Of a stretch of 64,000 nt of DNA, positions 51,501 to 64,000 are shown piece by piece. The notes under the pieces are model-generated. The model did no database searches. It saw only the letters and a list, made by a program, of their open reading frames with translations, and was not told the origin of the DNA. Source of the DNA: Anthoceros angustus (Eukaryota; Plantae; Anthocerotophyta); assembly GCA_010909165.1 (NCBI GenBank), contig VJWM01000126.1, positions 124,001 to 188,000 on the forward strand, given 5' to 3'. Both the position numbers and the translations under genes were made by a program. Positions within the stretch are counted from its first letter, which is position 1. Every line of letters starts with the position of its first letter.

Positions 51501-52939
51501 GGCAATGATTCCAGAGTAACTTATCAATGGGCCAGTAAACAACCTATGCAAGAACCCGGCCTTAAGTCAGCAGCGAGAGCAAACACGCGACAGAATGGTG
51601 ACCAGATTTCACAGCAGGATGAAAACGAGCGTTAGTCAGCACATATTCGAAAGCGTAAGAAGCGAATAGAAAACAAGGAACGGACAGGACTTCCCAAGCC
51701 TGCACGTTAACAACTATAGACAAACACCATTATAATGTAGACAGGGCAATACTCTATCCTTAGAAGGCATGATGTTTTTAGTTTCTGAGAGACTTCTTAT
51801 AGTTCTCTAGTAGTGCCTTTCCCTAGAATACATTAATCAGCTGGTGGCTTCACAAATTCCAATGTTCCAACTCACATCAAGAAATACATATTCTATGGCT
51901 AGCTTGCACAAATATGGGCCCGTCTGTTCAAAGTGTGGGACCTGTCATAAACTCATTTTTCTGGAAATACCTAACAGGTCAACAAATGTTATTAATATAC
52001 ATATGCTGTAACACTTCATGGAAGTTGTATATTGTAATCTATCTCATAATGATATTCTCTTCCTTGTTTTTTTTGTAAACCGAAGCTTGTAGAGTAAACC
52101 TTCAAACTTACAAGTACCTTGTTTTGAAAGCCTCCCTTGTTTCATCTTAATAAGTTGAGCATCGTACCATCGTTTTTATATCAAGATTTTGCAAACATTG
52201 ATTATGAACCAACATCATACTTTTGTCGAATAATTTGAAGAGCAACATGATTACACCTAATATATCATGTTTTTGTTTCTTTGTCCCAAGTATTGACTTA
52301 CATTCCTCCAAGATGTATTTTTTGCCCTCTTTCTTCTCTAGAGTGGGATTAGTAATAAATTCCACACAATGGTCCCTTCTCTTTTTATAAAGAAGAAGGC
52401 TCTTCATATGTCCTTCGCACCCACGGCCTTGAAACTTCCTTGATCTTGGCCGGAGGAAGGATATTGGTCTAACTTCTCTATGGCGACATCTTGGAGGCGG
52501 TTGGGGGTTATAGGATAGATTAGTGCGGGTGCACGCCCCCCTGGCCTTGTGCCCTGTCGTGGGTTGTCCCCTTTCGCCTCGGGGTAGAAGGGATTTCCCA
52601 TCTCATTCGTTTTATAAAGTCTCCATGTCTCTCACTTCTCTAGCATGGGAAAAATTTACATAATCTACTATAAACCCATAGCCAGTAGCAAGCTCTTTAA
52701 CTATGAGACAATCCCACCATGAACCTCTCCATAAAGCTTCAAATTCTACAATAAAATGTAAATAAATAAATAAAATAATAACCATATTTGAAACATGAAC
52801 TCATAATCTAGTTACATTATTTGAATCAAAATCTCAATGATATCCTGGGTAACAAGTTGACCTACCCATTTTTGTAAAGTGTGATCCATTCTCCATTAGG
52901 AATAGATGGATATGTCATGCCGTGTGACACTAATATGAG

Positions 52940-53250
52940 CCTATCACAGCCACAGAAATGGGAGGGGCCTCCCCCTTTCCTCTATGGTGGCTTTCTTTCG
53001 CCAATGGGTTTCCATAGCTCTGCAGAAGGCACTGACTAATACTGTTTATAAGACAGCTACGTGCGCAGGACTAGTGGCTTCTTCAGCACCGGTGGTAGGT
53101 AGGCCCTTCATCATCCCTATTCACGATATCATTGGTGCAGTAGGTAGTTACGGGAAAGGCATTCGAGGGGACTGGGACTTCCCCTTTTACCATTAGCCGT
53201 TTTTAGGTTGTTCCTCCTCAGACTTCAGGGGTAGATGGGATTTCCCATCT
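52940..53250 (+). mobile_element. 3' remnant of an RLE-type non-LTR retrotransposon, preceded by a ~25-bp LTR-start fragment at 52913
   Basis: MVAFFRQWVSIALQKA resembles the FRQRVSIALQRA motif; tgtcatgccgtgtgacactaat matches the LTR 5' end. Confidence 0.55.
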
Positions 53251-53489
53251 AATCTATTAATCACGTCTACTCTATTCTATTTGAAAACAAGATAGTGAAT
53301 TCTAAAATGAAATGTTAAATCCTTAAGTTGCTTCGTTCTTTTGAGACGCTTGAAAAATTTTATATGAACAAGATTTATATGAATAACATTTGAGAAAGTT
53401 ATAGAATATCTACTTCTCTAGTATTTATATTGACCATAAATATTCTAATTTTATCATGTAATAAGGTGTCCAGCAAAACTAAACTTCCG

Positions 53490-54650
53490 TTCAAATGGAA
53501 GTATTGGAAACGTATACTTACACACCATTCAATCCTGAGCACCCACAAAAAAATGTACACTGCAAGCAGCGCGATGGAAGCTAGCCTTGACGGCATAAGA
53601 AGAAGAATCTATATAAAAATATCCACATCTTCAAAAAGAAACTTCCGTTGGCATGAAATGGAAGCATAGAAAATCGGAGAGTAGAAGAAGAAGAAGAATT
53701 TTATTTTAGTCCACTAAGGACGAATTTCCGTCATGGGACTTGGTACTTAACAACTTGTACCATGGCGTGCCTCAGCTACTTGCACCAAGGGCATTAAGCC
53801 ATTTGGAGTAGCATTTCACAATGGGTAGAATGGTAAAAGACCATTCAACCCTGGGCACCCACAAAAAATAGAGTGCAAGCAGCGGGATGTAAGGTAGCCT
53901 AGGTCTTGCTTTCCAAATGGGCTTCCATCCCAGATCCCCTGACTGGATAAGCAGGGCTTCCAGCCGCTGAAGACTGGCTCCCAGTGGATGAGAAGGGCTT
54001 GAAATTCCAGCCTCTAGTGACTTGAGCCCCCAAATCTTTCTGCTGTCGGAGTGAATGAAAGACATGCCTGCTGGAGCAAGAGAATGTTCCCAGTGCCCCA
54101 GTAGAGCTCGCGTCGAATGGGGGACATAGCTAGCATGCAGAGAAATGGGGGAGGGCTTGATATACCTACTAGAGGAAAGGAAATCACCAGTGCCCAGGTA
54201 GGGCTCCAGCCGAGTGCCACCAGAGATGTGGTAGTTGGTGGCCCATGGTCAGGAAGATAGTGCCGCAGAGTGGGCAATTACATGGTTCTAAGCGAGATGC
54301 GGGATGCATATTCCAGTGTGAACTATCTAATGGAGTAGGATGCTGTAGTAACATGAGATTGTCCGGGAGAAGCAGCAGGGCTCTGCTGCCACACCCTGGG
54401 CAGTGGTGGCTGGAACCCTACATTCATAGGTCGCTTCTTCCAGCCGTATGGCAGAGTACCTACATAACCCGGGCTTTGGGGAGGGAGAAGACTACACATC
54501 ACTTTGTTTGCTCTGGCTGATGTGCAACGAGCATTTTTGGAAGGCAGGCATACCAGGGGAATGTTCGCCGGTGAGTCTTTGTAGGCTAGGTCTCCGCACA
54601 CCAAACATGTTGTCCTGTAATTTGTGCGTCAATGCCGTCATGTTGTGACT
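53490..54650 (-). mobile_element. Possible degenerate L1-like LINE 3' fragments
   Basis: Duplicated block (53525-53590 / 53840-53900) encoding LLA.Y.FLWV.R.EW; Trp-rich broken frames. Confidence 0.3.
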
Positions 54651-55192
54651 TGTGTCCATCCTAGAAATTCAGCCTTGTACTTCTTGCGAAATTGGCGGAA
54701 TGTGTCCATCTTGGAAGCAAGTTGAGGAAGATTGATGGGCCGTCTCCATCTTGAAAGCAAGGTGAATTAGTGACAAGTGAGCAGTAGTATTGCACACATC
54801 CCTCTCGAAACCATTCCGAGAAAAAGACTGGTGACCATCCTGGGCAAGACAACTTCTGAAAGTCTTCGAAGCAAGTTGCCCTGGTCAAGCTCTCGAGCCT
54901 CCAATTCCGGAGCGTCCGCCTTCCATTTTCACAAACCCGGGCAGCTGCCAACTTCCATGCATGTTTTTCGGGAAGACTGGAGAGCGACTGCACTGGGACT
55001 GGACTGGCGGCAGGGCCGCGTACACGGACTCTGACTCACATCTCCGAGTCCCACTCGCAGTCCCGATCCACGAACTGGGCGGCGGCTGCAACCCATCCGC
55101 ACTGCACCCAGAGCGGAGCGGCGGGGAGGCGATCCTTTGCCTGCAGGAAAGCGGAGAGGACATCAGTCCATGGATAAAACCCGTCCACAGGA

Positions 55193-58100
55193 ATGGCGAG
55201 CCCTCCATCTTCCCAGACCTGCACAAAGATGACAACAGCTCGCGGCAGGCGGCAGGCCTGCTGCCTCCTGGCCCTACTGCTCCAGGCCGCGCTCTGCCTG
55301 GCGGCCACGGACCCGGGCGACCTGGCGGCGCTGCAGGCGGTGAAGGCCAGCCTGACCGACCCCAACAACAGGCTTGCGAACTGGGTGGGCGACGATCCTG
55401 CAACGCGCCGTGGGAGGGCGTCTTCTGCAGCACGGACGCGGCAGGGATCTCGCATGTCGTGGAGCTGAGGCTGTTTCGGATGGGGCTGCAGGGGACGCTG
55501 GCGCCGGAGATCGGCAACCTCCTGCAGCTGACGACGCTGAACGTGATGTGGAACGAGATCACGGGCGGGCTGCCGTCGAGCGTGGGGAATCTGAAGAATC
55601 TCTTCCTCCTGCTGGTGAACGGGAACAACATGTCGGGTCCGCTCCCGGACGAGCTCGGGAACCTGCCCGGCCTCAACCGGATCCAGATCGACCAGAACAA
55701 ATTCTCGGGCCCGGTCCCGACGACCTTCAGCAACCTCCGCGCCATCCAGCACCTGCACATGAACAACAACTCCCTGGCCGGCCCGATCCCGCCCGTCCTC
55801 GGCTCCCTCCCGAACCTCCTCCACATCCTCCTCGACAACAACCAGATCACCGGGAGCATCCCCAGCGACATCGGCAACAGCCCCTCCCTCCTCATCCTCC
55901 AGCTCGACAACAACCCCCTCTCCCCGCAGCCCATCCCTCCCCCCATCGCCGCCATCCCGACCCTCCTCAAGCTCAGCCTCCGCAACTGCAACCTCCAGGG
56001 TCCGGTCCCGCCCATTTCCTCCATGCCGTCCCTCAAGGTGCTGGATCTGTCCCGCAACAACCTCACCGGAACCCTCCCGAACTCCTCCTCCCTCGTCAAC
56101 CTCACCGCCGCGTCCCTCTCCTCCAACGCCCTCTCCCAGGACATCACCGACCTGGGGCTCGGCCCGCTCCCGTCCCTCCAGTCCCTCCTCCTCGCCAACA
56201 ACCATCTCAGCGGGACCGCGGACGCGAACCGGCTCCTCAACTTCACCGGCGGCGCCGCCGGTTCCCCGGTGGCGTCACCGGCGGCGCCGCCACCCAACAC
56301 CACCATCATCATCGACCTCCAGAACAACTCCCTCTCCAACTTCGACGCGCCTCCCTCCGGAGTCACGCTCTGGCTGGCCGGGAACACGGACCCCAAGGTC
56401 TGCCCGACCGGGGCCGCCAAGTACAGCGAATGCACACCCAGAAGCGAAGATGAAGGCGACCTCCAGGCAGCGGGGAATCACGGGGAAGAGGCTCCCGACT
56501 GCCCCGGCACCGACTGCCCCGACGCGTTTTCTGCCCCGAAGCTCATCAAGGACGTCTGCAGCTGCCTCTACCCGGTCTCGGTGGTGCAGCGGCTCAAATC
56601 CCCGGGGTTCACCATCTTCGAGCCCTTCCGGACCAACTACACCATCTACTTCGCGGGCGCCATCTCCGCCGCCACCAACAACACCGTCCCGCTGTCATGG
56701 GACCAGGTGGCGGTGCGGAATTTCACGTGGGAGCCCGGGCCTCGGCTCCGGCTGGATCTGCAGCTCTTCCCGAGCTGGCCGGAACAGCAGTTCTTCACGA
56801 TGGAGCAGGTGAACACCATGTTCTTCGTCTTCTCCAACTGGAAGCTCCCGGACGATCCCTGGTTCGGGCCGTACGAGTTCATCGACTGGGACCCCGGGTA
56901 CTACGCGAACCAGAACGCGACGGCGGTCGCGAAAGGCGGCGGGCTCAGCGCGGGCGCGGTGGCCGGCATCGTGATCGGGGCCGTCGCTGTGACGGCCGTG
57001 GTGGTCGGGCTGGTAGGGTTGTGGTTCTTCCGGAACAAGAAGGTGCCGCCCGCGCTGCAGCGAGTGCTGCTCACGAGAAGGAGGAGAGAGTCGGGGTTTG
57101 GGAGCCAGTACAAGCTCAACATCTCGGGAGTGCGGGAGTTTACCTTCGACGAGCTGTGTGTGGCTACCAACTACTTCAGCGATGATCGGAAGCTCGGGCA
57201 GGGCGGGTACGGGAAGGTGTATCGAGGAGAGTTGGAGATCGAGGTTCCGGATGATGCGTCAGGGTTGCATGGGCATCGCCATGAGCAGGATGAGGCTGCC
57301 GCGGGGTTGGTGAAAGAGAAAGAGGGAGAACAAGCTCAAGCGCAATTGAGAGCGCATCGAGATGGCCATGGCGGTGGGGAGAACGATGACGCTGAGGGTG
57401 GGAATGTTAGGGCTACGAAGACGAGGGTTGTTTCGGTGGCGATCAAGCGGGCGGAGGAAGGGAGTTTGCAGGGAAGTCGGGAGTTTTACACCGAGATTGA
57501 GCTCTTGTCGCGGGTGCATCACCGGAATCTGGTAGGGTTGGTAGGGTATTGTGATGATCAGGGGGAGCAGATGCTGGTGTACGAGTACATGCAAGGGGGG
57601 ACGTTGCGGGATAATCTGAGCGCGGCGCCGCAGGGCGGGGTGCCGGAGCTGGATTTCCCGACGCGGCTGCGGATTGCGCTGGGGAGCGCGCGGGGGATTG
57701 CATACCTGCACAACGAGGCGAGCCCGCCGATTTTCCACCGGGACATCAAGGCGAGCAACATTTTGCTGGACGCAAAGCGGAATGCTAAGGTTGCGGATTT
57801 CGGGCTGTCGAAGTTGGCGCCGGCGCCGGAGCAGGAGGGGTCGGGGCCCGGGCATGTGTCGACGGTGGTGAAGGGTACGCCGGGGTACTTGGATCCCGAG
57901 TATTTTCTCACGCACAAGCTGACAGACAAGAGCGACGTTTACAGCTTCGGGGTGGTGCTGTTGGAGCTGGTGACGGGCATGCATCCCATCACGCAGGGGA
58001 AGAACATTGTGCGGGAGGTGAAGGCGGCGTACCAGGCGGGGACGTTAGGGTCGGTGCTGGATCCTTGTCTGGCGGAGTATCCGGCGCAGATGTTCGAGCC

Positions 58101-58353
58101 GATGGCACGCCTGGCTCTGGCTTGCTGCCAGGATAACCCTGACGGGAGGCCGACCATTCTGGAGGTGGTGCGGGATCTGGAGGACATTTGGCGCACCATG
58201 CCCTGGGCTGCTGCAGAACATGTCAGCGCCGACCCCGCCTTGCACAACTACTACTACAGGCCGGCTCCTTATCATGGGGCTCATGGGACCGACTCCGAGC
58301 CATCCACCGACCTTCTTCTCAGCGGCACCGTGGTGGATGTTGCTCCTCGATAA
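55193..58353 (+). CDS. Intronless LRR receptor-like Ser/Thr kinase, subfamily LRR-VIII-1 (At1g06840-like); 1-nt frameshift at ~55397 as assembled
   Basis: Signal peptide and LRRNT lie in ORF 55193-55468; the rest lies in ORF 54961-58353: NVMWNEITG, LLLVNGNNMSGPLPDELGNLPGLNRIQIDQN, HMNNNSL, HILLDNN, RLKSPGF, WEPGPRL, FGPYE, a TM helix, and kinase motifs GQGGYG, VAIK, HRDIKASN, DFGLS, GTPGYLDPEY, SDVYSFG. The true start is ATG 55193 or 55229. Confidence 0.93.
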
Positions 58354-59636
58354 ATGACATCAGCTCTCAGCTGTGGGGGACTGTGTGCACATGCAGCATA
58401 TGTATCTATGTTAATGGGTACTCTCTTCGGGAACCATCTGGAGTCAGGCGCATGCTTACTTCATTATTGCCTGGCTTGATTCAACAAGTCGCTACGACTT
58501 GTTTCTGCTTTTGCCGCTGTTGTGCGTCTGATTCGCTCCCAAGGACGACTCTGTTCCGACCTCGATCCTGGAAAGGCGGTTTTTGGGTAACAGGACCTGT
58601 TTGGACAGCGGAGTCCATGGATCCGATTGGGGCAGGGCAATATATTCCGAATTGGTACTCCTTGAAGACATAGCCCCTGACAGCCTCCAAACTTTATTGT
58701 ATATTTTTTTCTGTGCAAGAATCAGACAGAAGCTGCATTCTTCCTCGTCACCTCCTCGGGTCTGTTCAACGCAAATTTTGAAGAAAGGTTCATCATCACC
58801 ACTAGTAGCTAGATACTCCTCAAAGGTTCTTCCTTATCGGGCTGCACTAGATGCTACAGTTCCCATGGATAACCATCCGTTAAAAGAAAATTCTGTACTT
58901 CTCTTGCCCGAAGAGAACAAAACGCCAGAATCGCCGGGATTCCTCCAAAGTCACTACAGCAGTGGGCTGTATACGGGGACTGGGGAGAGCTGTCGGTAGG
59001 TACTTGGCAGGTAAGTACTAGCCTCTAGGTAGCTGGCTGTCACCTACCCTCTCGATTTCTCTTCAATGATGCATGTGGTCGTTTTTTATTCTTCCCATTG
59101 ATCCTCAGGTACCCTGTTGTGATCCATGCTCGTCGTCACATCTTCTTCAAAGCCAGAGCCGGATCCCCAACCTTCATAATCATCACCACTTGTTCTTGGG
59201 CACGCCCGACAACTACTCACTGTCAGTCGCACGATTGGGGAACCTCCATCGGGACAGGCCTTCCCATGGCGGTTGGCTCGCCTGATTGAAAGTTTTCGGC
59301 CGATCTGTAAATAGCCAATCAGCGACAACCCACATGGTGATTGCACAGAAACACAGCAACATTAGAAACTCAACAACATTAGAAATTCTTGAAAGGACAG
59401 TTGTACATTACATGGCCTAAATATATTCCCGCCAGATGCCCAGATTTTTGTTCGTTCAACGTGGGGAGACACAGTCATGGCATTTCCCAACAAGGAACGA
59501 AAACCCATTTTGGGAAAAAAGCCCCACACCCACTATACAAGTAAAAAAATGGCTGCATAAGGTACAAATAGTGTAAAGATTCTGCTGTCTGTGAAAAGTC
59601 AAAAACTAATTACACCGTGGGCATTCGCGGGGGAGC

Positions 59637-61814
59637 TTATGCTAGAATTTTACTCATTAGCTTCAAAACAGTGTCTTTGTCCGGCAAAGCAGGAATAGCC
59701 CCTCGCTCCGTAGTTGTAATTGCGCCACAGGCATTCGCAAACCGGAGAGCCTCTGTCAGACGCTCCTCATTCTGCCCCCGCCACAGCATACGTTGTTTCA
59801 TAAGCCACAGAACCATTGTTTGCCTGCAGACAACTAGCCACCTATATCGCTGTAACAGAATCATACCTTGTACAAATTCATGTCCCCAACCAGCTGGGTC
59901 AAAAAACCACCGACGAATGCATCGCCTGCACCCGTGGTATCCACAGCCTGCACTAGATGACCTGCAACTCTTCCGCTGAAGTCCTGTAACGTGGAAATGG
60001 TACCAAGCAATAAGTGATCACCTCGTCTCCTACCTTCACGTAAGCTCGCATAACCAACCTAGGGAACGAAGAACGTTATCAGACCTTTGTGTAATACCGA
60101 CATCCCTCCTGGCCCTCCGTCACCAACAGCAGCTTCAGATTGTCGTGCCACAATGATCGGGCAGCCTTGTCACTGTACGGGTCGGACCCCTCTGTCAAAA
60201 AGGCAACTTCCTCCTCACTCACCTGCAAACCATCCACCTCACACAAGATGAGGTCTTTTGTTGTGAAATAAGGTGGTTCCTCTCAAATAATCAACGGAAA
60301 CTCTTCTGACTGCCAAGTACCTTGATAATGTCAGCCTCATTCCAAATGCTTTTGATACCTTCTCGAGCAGCTTCGGCAGAAGGCCACAAGGGCAGCCTCA
60401 AGTTGGGGTCATATGACAATAATACACCGGCTTCTTTGGCGATTCGCATGGCAGCGAGGTGTGCAGATCTACAAGGCTCGGTAATCAGACTGATGGAGCC
60501 ATAGTGCAACACCGATGCCTGAGTAACATAGAAGCATTAATCAGCTGGATAAGTGCTGCATGCTTGACGCCAGAGATGGCCATCTTGCATAAGAAGATAA
60601 AACTGCTGCATACACGAGTATCAAAGCATCGACCTGCTTCAAAAGGTCAACATCAAGCTCAGAAGCCTCAAGTAGCATGTCCGCGCTGGGATTGCGGTAA
60701 AACATAAATTCTCGCTCTCCATCGTGCCTCAGAGTAACAAACGCTAGGGCTGTTCTAGCTCCCACATCAAACCGTATTCCCCGGCTATCCACTTGGTTCT
60801 CTTTCAGGATGTCAACAAGCATGTGCCCGAACTCATCGTCCCCAACCTGCAACACCAGGCAGCCAATCGTTGAAAAATATAAAAAGGACCCCAGATGAGC
60901 ACGGGGAGGAGGAAGAAAGGTGAGCGAAATACCTTGCCAACGAAAGCAGAGTTCCCACCCAGCCGTGCAATGCCAACAGCAACATTAGCAGGCGCTCCTC
61001 CAGGTGCTTTCTTAAAAGCAGGCGCATTGGCGAGAGAAAGACCTCCCACTGTCGGAACAAAATCAATTAGCATTTCGCCAAAGCACACAACCAGATCCGA
61101 GCTGCCTTGACGCCCGTTTTGGTCAGCTGTTGCCGATGCCCTGACATCTCCTGTAGCAGACCACAGAGTGACGTGATGTTCCCGGGAGCACACAAGCCTC
61201 GAGGCTGGTAGGGGGAAAAAACAAAAGGAAGGATGAAGTCGGCATCAAATTTCAAGAAATTCGCTGTGAGGCACAACAATGAGCAGAAGAAAACGCTCTC
61301 CATCCCCCTGCACCTCACCCTCCACCGACGGAGAAGAAAACATCACAACAATACAAATTAAACAACACATCGTACAGAAAAAGCCACAGCCATGGCTACC
61401 ACATGCGGCGGATGTCCATCAGAAGCAAGGAGGGAGTGAGAGGGAAAAAAAAAAAGCACCCGCACGCATCAAGTCACTGAGCATCAAGGCCAAACCTTGA
61501 CATCGATCCCGAAGCCCTGCTTTGCCAAATCCCTTATTCAACCCGTCAAAACTGGAAAGAAAACGTTCACCACATCTGATGCGAGCAAGAGGGGCGCGGG
61601 AGAAGAACAATCGAAGCTTGGAGCCTTTGGAAAATGGGAGAAGAGCTTTGGATTGAGGGAAAAGAGGAATGCCTGAGAGCAATTGCTTGCCATTACGGAT
61701 AGGCTGTGAGTTGATTAGGTTGTGAGAGGAAGATGGACTGCCTGCGGCTGTGGCGGAGTAATCCAGAATAGCTGTCGACGCCACCAGCGCGCCACCGCAC
61801 GCTGCCATTGCCAT
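59637..61814 (-). CDS. FRK: Fructokinase (pfkB family) with plastid-transit-like N-terminus; 7 exons
   Basis: [118 protein letters not shown]; GT-AG introns. Confidence 0.96.
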
Positions 61815-62439
61815 ATCCTCCCAACACCCCTTGCCCTTGCCCTCCCTGACCCCGCTCCTTCCCCGCCCCTCCGCCGGCTCCCGGCCCTCCCACTCCTCAA
61901 CTCAACAGCAACTCCCCGCAGATCGCTTACCCGGCAACAGCCTTGGCGCTCTCCGTGCTGCTGCTGCTGCTGCTGCGCGGAATGGCGGACAGGCAAAGGA
62001 AAAACCTGCGGAAGCTTCTAAAACCGGGATCCCGCAGCTGAGCTTATCCGCAAAGCCGAGGGGATGGATCCGCCTCTCTGAGAGTTTTCCCCGCTTCTCT
62101 CAACCAGCTGCTTCAAGATCGGGAGCAAAGCCGTGCATCCTCCTCCCAAATTAGCATCATATCCCCGGGTTCCCTCACTTCCCCCGATCCGCAATTAGAC
62201 ACCTGCAGGCGAGCGGCAGCGCAACTGTCTCCGTCTCTTGAATCACGCAGCGAAAGCAGAACCGGCAGTCGAGGAAGAGCGTGACAGCGCAGCGAGCGGC
62301 AGGGCGCTCCGGACGCGGCGCGGGCAGGGGCGGAGGCGGCCTCGCGGGCAGGACAAGACACGACAAGGCCACAGTACACGGGTACAGCGCCCGGTCGTGA
62401 AGCGCGAGTGGGAGAGAGAGCGCGCGGGCGCGGCGGTGG

Positions 62440-62464
62440 CAGGCGAGCGAGGCGAGGCAGCGGG

Positions 62465-62497
<33 letters not shown>

Positions 62498-62750
62498 CTG
62501 GCGGACTGGCAGGCAGGTTGCTCAAGGCGCTCAAGGTGAAGGCAAAGGCGAAGACAAGGAAGGCTCTGTGCAACAGTGTGCCAGTGAGTGCGCGAGTGTG
62601 CGCTTCAGCGCGTGCGAGTGGTGGACGAGGAATGGCAAGAAGGGAAGGAAGGGAAGCCGGGGAGCAGGAAAGTGAGGAAGCAAGCGAAAGCTAGGAATGC
62701 AGGAAGGAAGAAAGGCAGGAAGGCTGGCAGGAAGGAAGGAAGGAAGGACA
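62440..62750. repeat. (GGCA)n and (GGAA)n microsatellites upstream of FRK
   Basis: Directly visible. Confidence 0.8.
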
Positions 62751-63399
62751 CTAGCAATAGGAAACATTAATATATACTACATGTACAAGAATGCGCATCC
62801 CCCAGCGTAGGCCTGTTGCTTAGTATCTAACAAAATGGTTTTGGCCTCTCCAGACTCAGACCAGGCCAGCCCTACGTCATCAGCTGTTAACTTTATCCTT
62901 TATTTTGCTCGTGGCTGCATCACGTGGCTGCAGCCCTCGTCCTCGTCGCATCATGGTATGTATAACATAACGCCTCCCAGACTGGGCCACTGCCTGCCCT
63001 GACCTGCCGACCTGCCCTGCCCCCCAAACCGTGCCCGTATCATCACGACCGTCACTGATGCTGGTTGGTCACAGGCCTGGTTCGTGGTGGGGGCCGGTGC
63101 TGCCACCGCTTTCATACTACGGGGCTACTGTCCACTCGCCACGCGGCGCCCCAAGCTTCTCCTCTTTGCTCTTTTGTGCGCGAGACCACTTGTAAATCGA
63201 ATTGAATATTTTATGTATCTTCATATATCTCTCACTAATATGTTAGATTTATACTCATTATTTATATAAATTATTCGTAATCTAATTTATATATATTTTT
63301 AACTTTATTACTTTTTCATCAAAGTATTATCTACAAATCCATCCCTCATTTTCCATTTTCTTTTTTTGTACCACTTTATCCAATACCCTACGCACGTAT

Positions 63400-64000
63400 A
63401 CCTAGAGAATGCCTTACCTAGAGAACGTCTTACCTAGAGAACGCCTTACCTAGAGAACGCCTTACTTACTTACCTTACCGACTGCATGTATGTACATACT
63501 TGGATCAGTCTTGGATCGGTTCCTACATATTTGCCGTATCCTACGCTGCACCGTAGTATATATTAGAACACGTACAGCACTCTAAGTACCCCCTACAAAT
63601 TTTGTACTTGCTCGACAAAAGTACCCATCATTTTCCATATGCTTTCTTTATACCACTTAACCAAAGTTCGTATTTGTACGACGCCAGTAAGAATGGAGAA
63701 CGCCTTACCTAGAGAATGCCTTACATGGAGAATGCCTTACATGGAGAATGCCTTACCTGCATCGGTGAGTACATATGGAGAATCCCTTGTGTGGACCGTG
63801 TACGTGCATTTGCGTCTTCCGGAAAGGTTAGTACTTACCGGTGCAGGTACAAAGGCCAATGTAGACCTCCTCAACAAATTTGAAAAGAATGCATGGAGAA
63901 TGCCTTACATGCATCGGTGAGTACAAATGGAGAATCCCTTGCGTGGAGAACGCCTTACCTAAGCCTGCGAGTATGTACCGGTACGTGCATTTGCGTCTTT
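63400..64000. repeat. 16-bp repeat clusters (ctagagaa(c/t)gccttac / atggagaatgccttac), probably TE- or satellite-derived; runs off the window
   Basis: Copies at 63402, 63418, 63434, 63450, at ~63695-63757 and near 63895-63960. Confidence 0.8.

Noticed and set aside
54961-55396. N-terminal ~145 aa of the 1130-aa ORF
   Set aside because: Wrong frame. The real signal peptide and LRRNT are in the 55193 frame, as confirmed by the pseudogene paralogue.
54885-57984. Long antisense and alternate-frame ORFs (516, 389, 359, 241 aa) over the RLK
   Set aside because: Shadow ORFs caused by extreme GC3; no independent protein features.

Overview
Nuclear DNA of a land plant, not a prokaryote. Genes are GC-rich with mostly short (about 60-170 nt) spliceosomal introns, which suggests a bryophyte (hornwort?) or lycophyte; this is inference only. 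Left gene island (3.6-15.5 kb): an intronless plastid/thylakoid single-pass protein with five 30-aa repeats; a TOM1-like VHS-GAT gene; a cryptic 3-exon secreted prepropeptide ending in an IDA-like Pro-rich motif (split across frames in the ORF track); a bacterial-type RNase HII; and a possible decayed AP2/ERF gene. Right gene island (55-62 kb): an intronless LRR-VIII-1 (At1g06840-like) receptor kinase with a 1-nt frameshift after its signal peptide, and a plastid-type fructokinase. Between them lie about 38 kb of nested TEs (Sola2-like DNA transposon with a convergent accessory gene, gypsy LTRs, copia, CACTA, non-LTR remnants). Removing the TEs at their target-site duplications reveals a shredded second copy of the receptor kinase fused to a remnant of the RNase HII 3' end. 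This fits an old tandem duplication followed by reciprocal gene loss. Parts of 18-38 kb look like error-rich, possibly artefactually duplicated assembly. No CRISPR, rRNA or tRNA genes were seen. Family assignments come from recalled motifs, not database searches.
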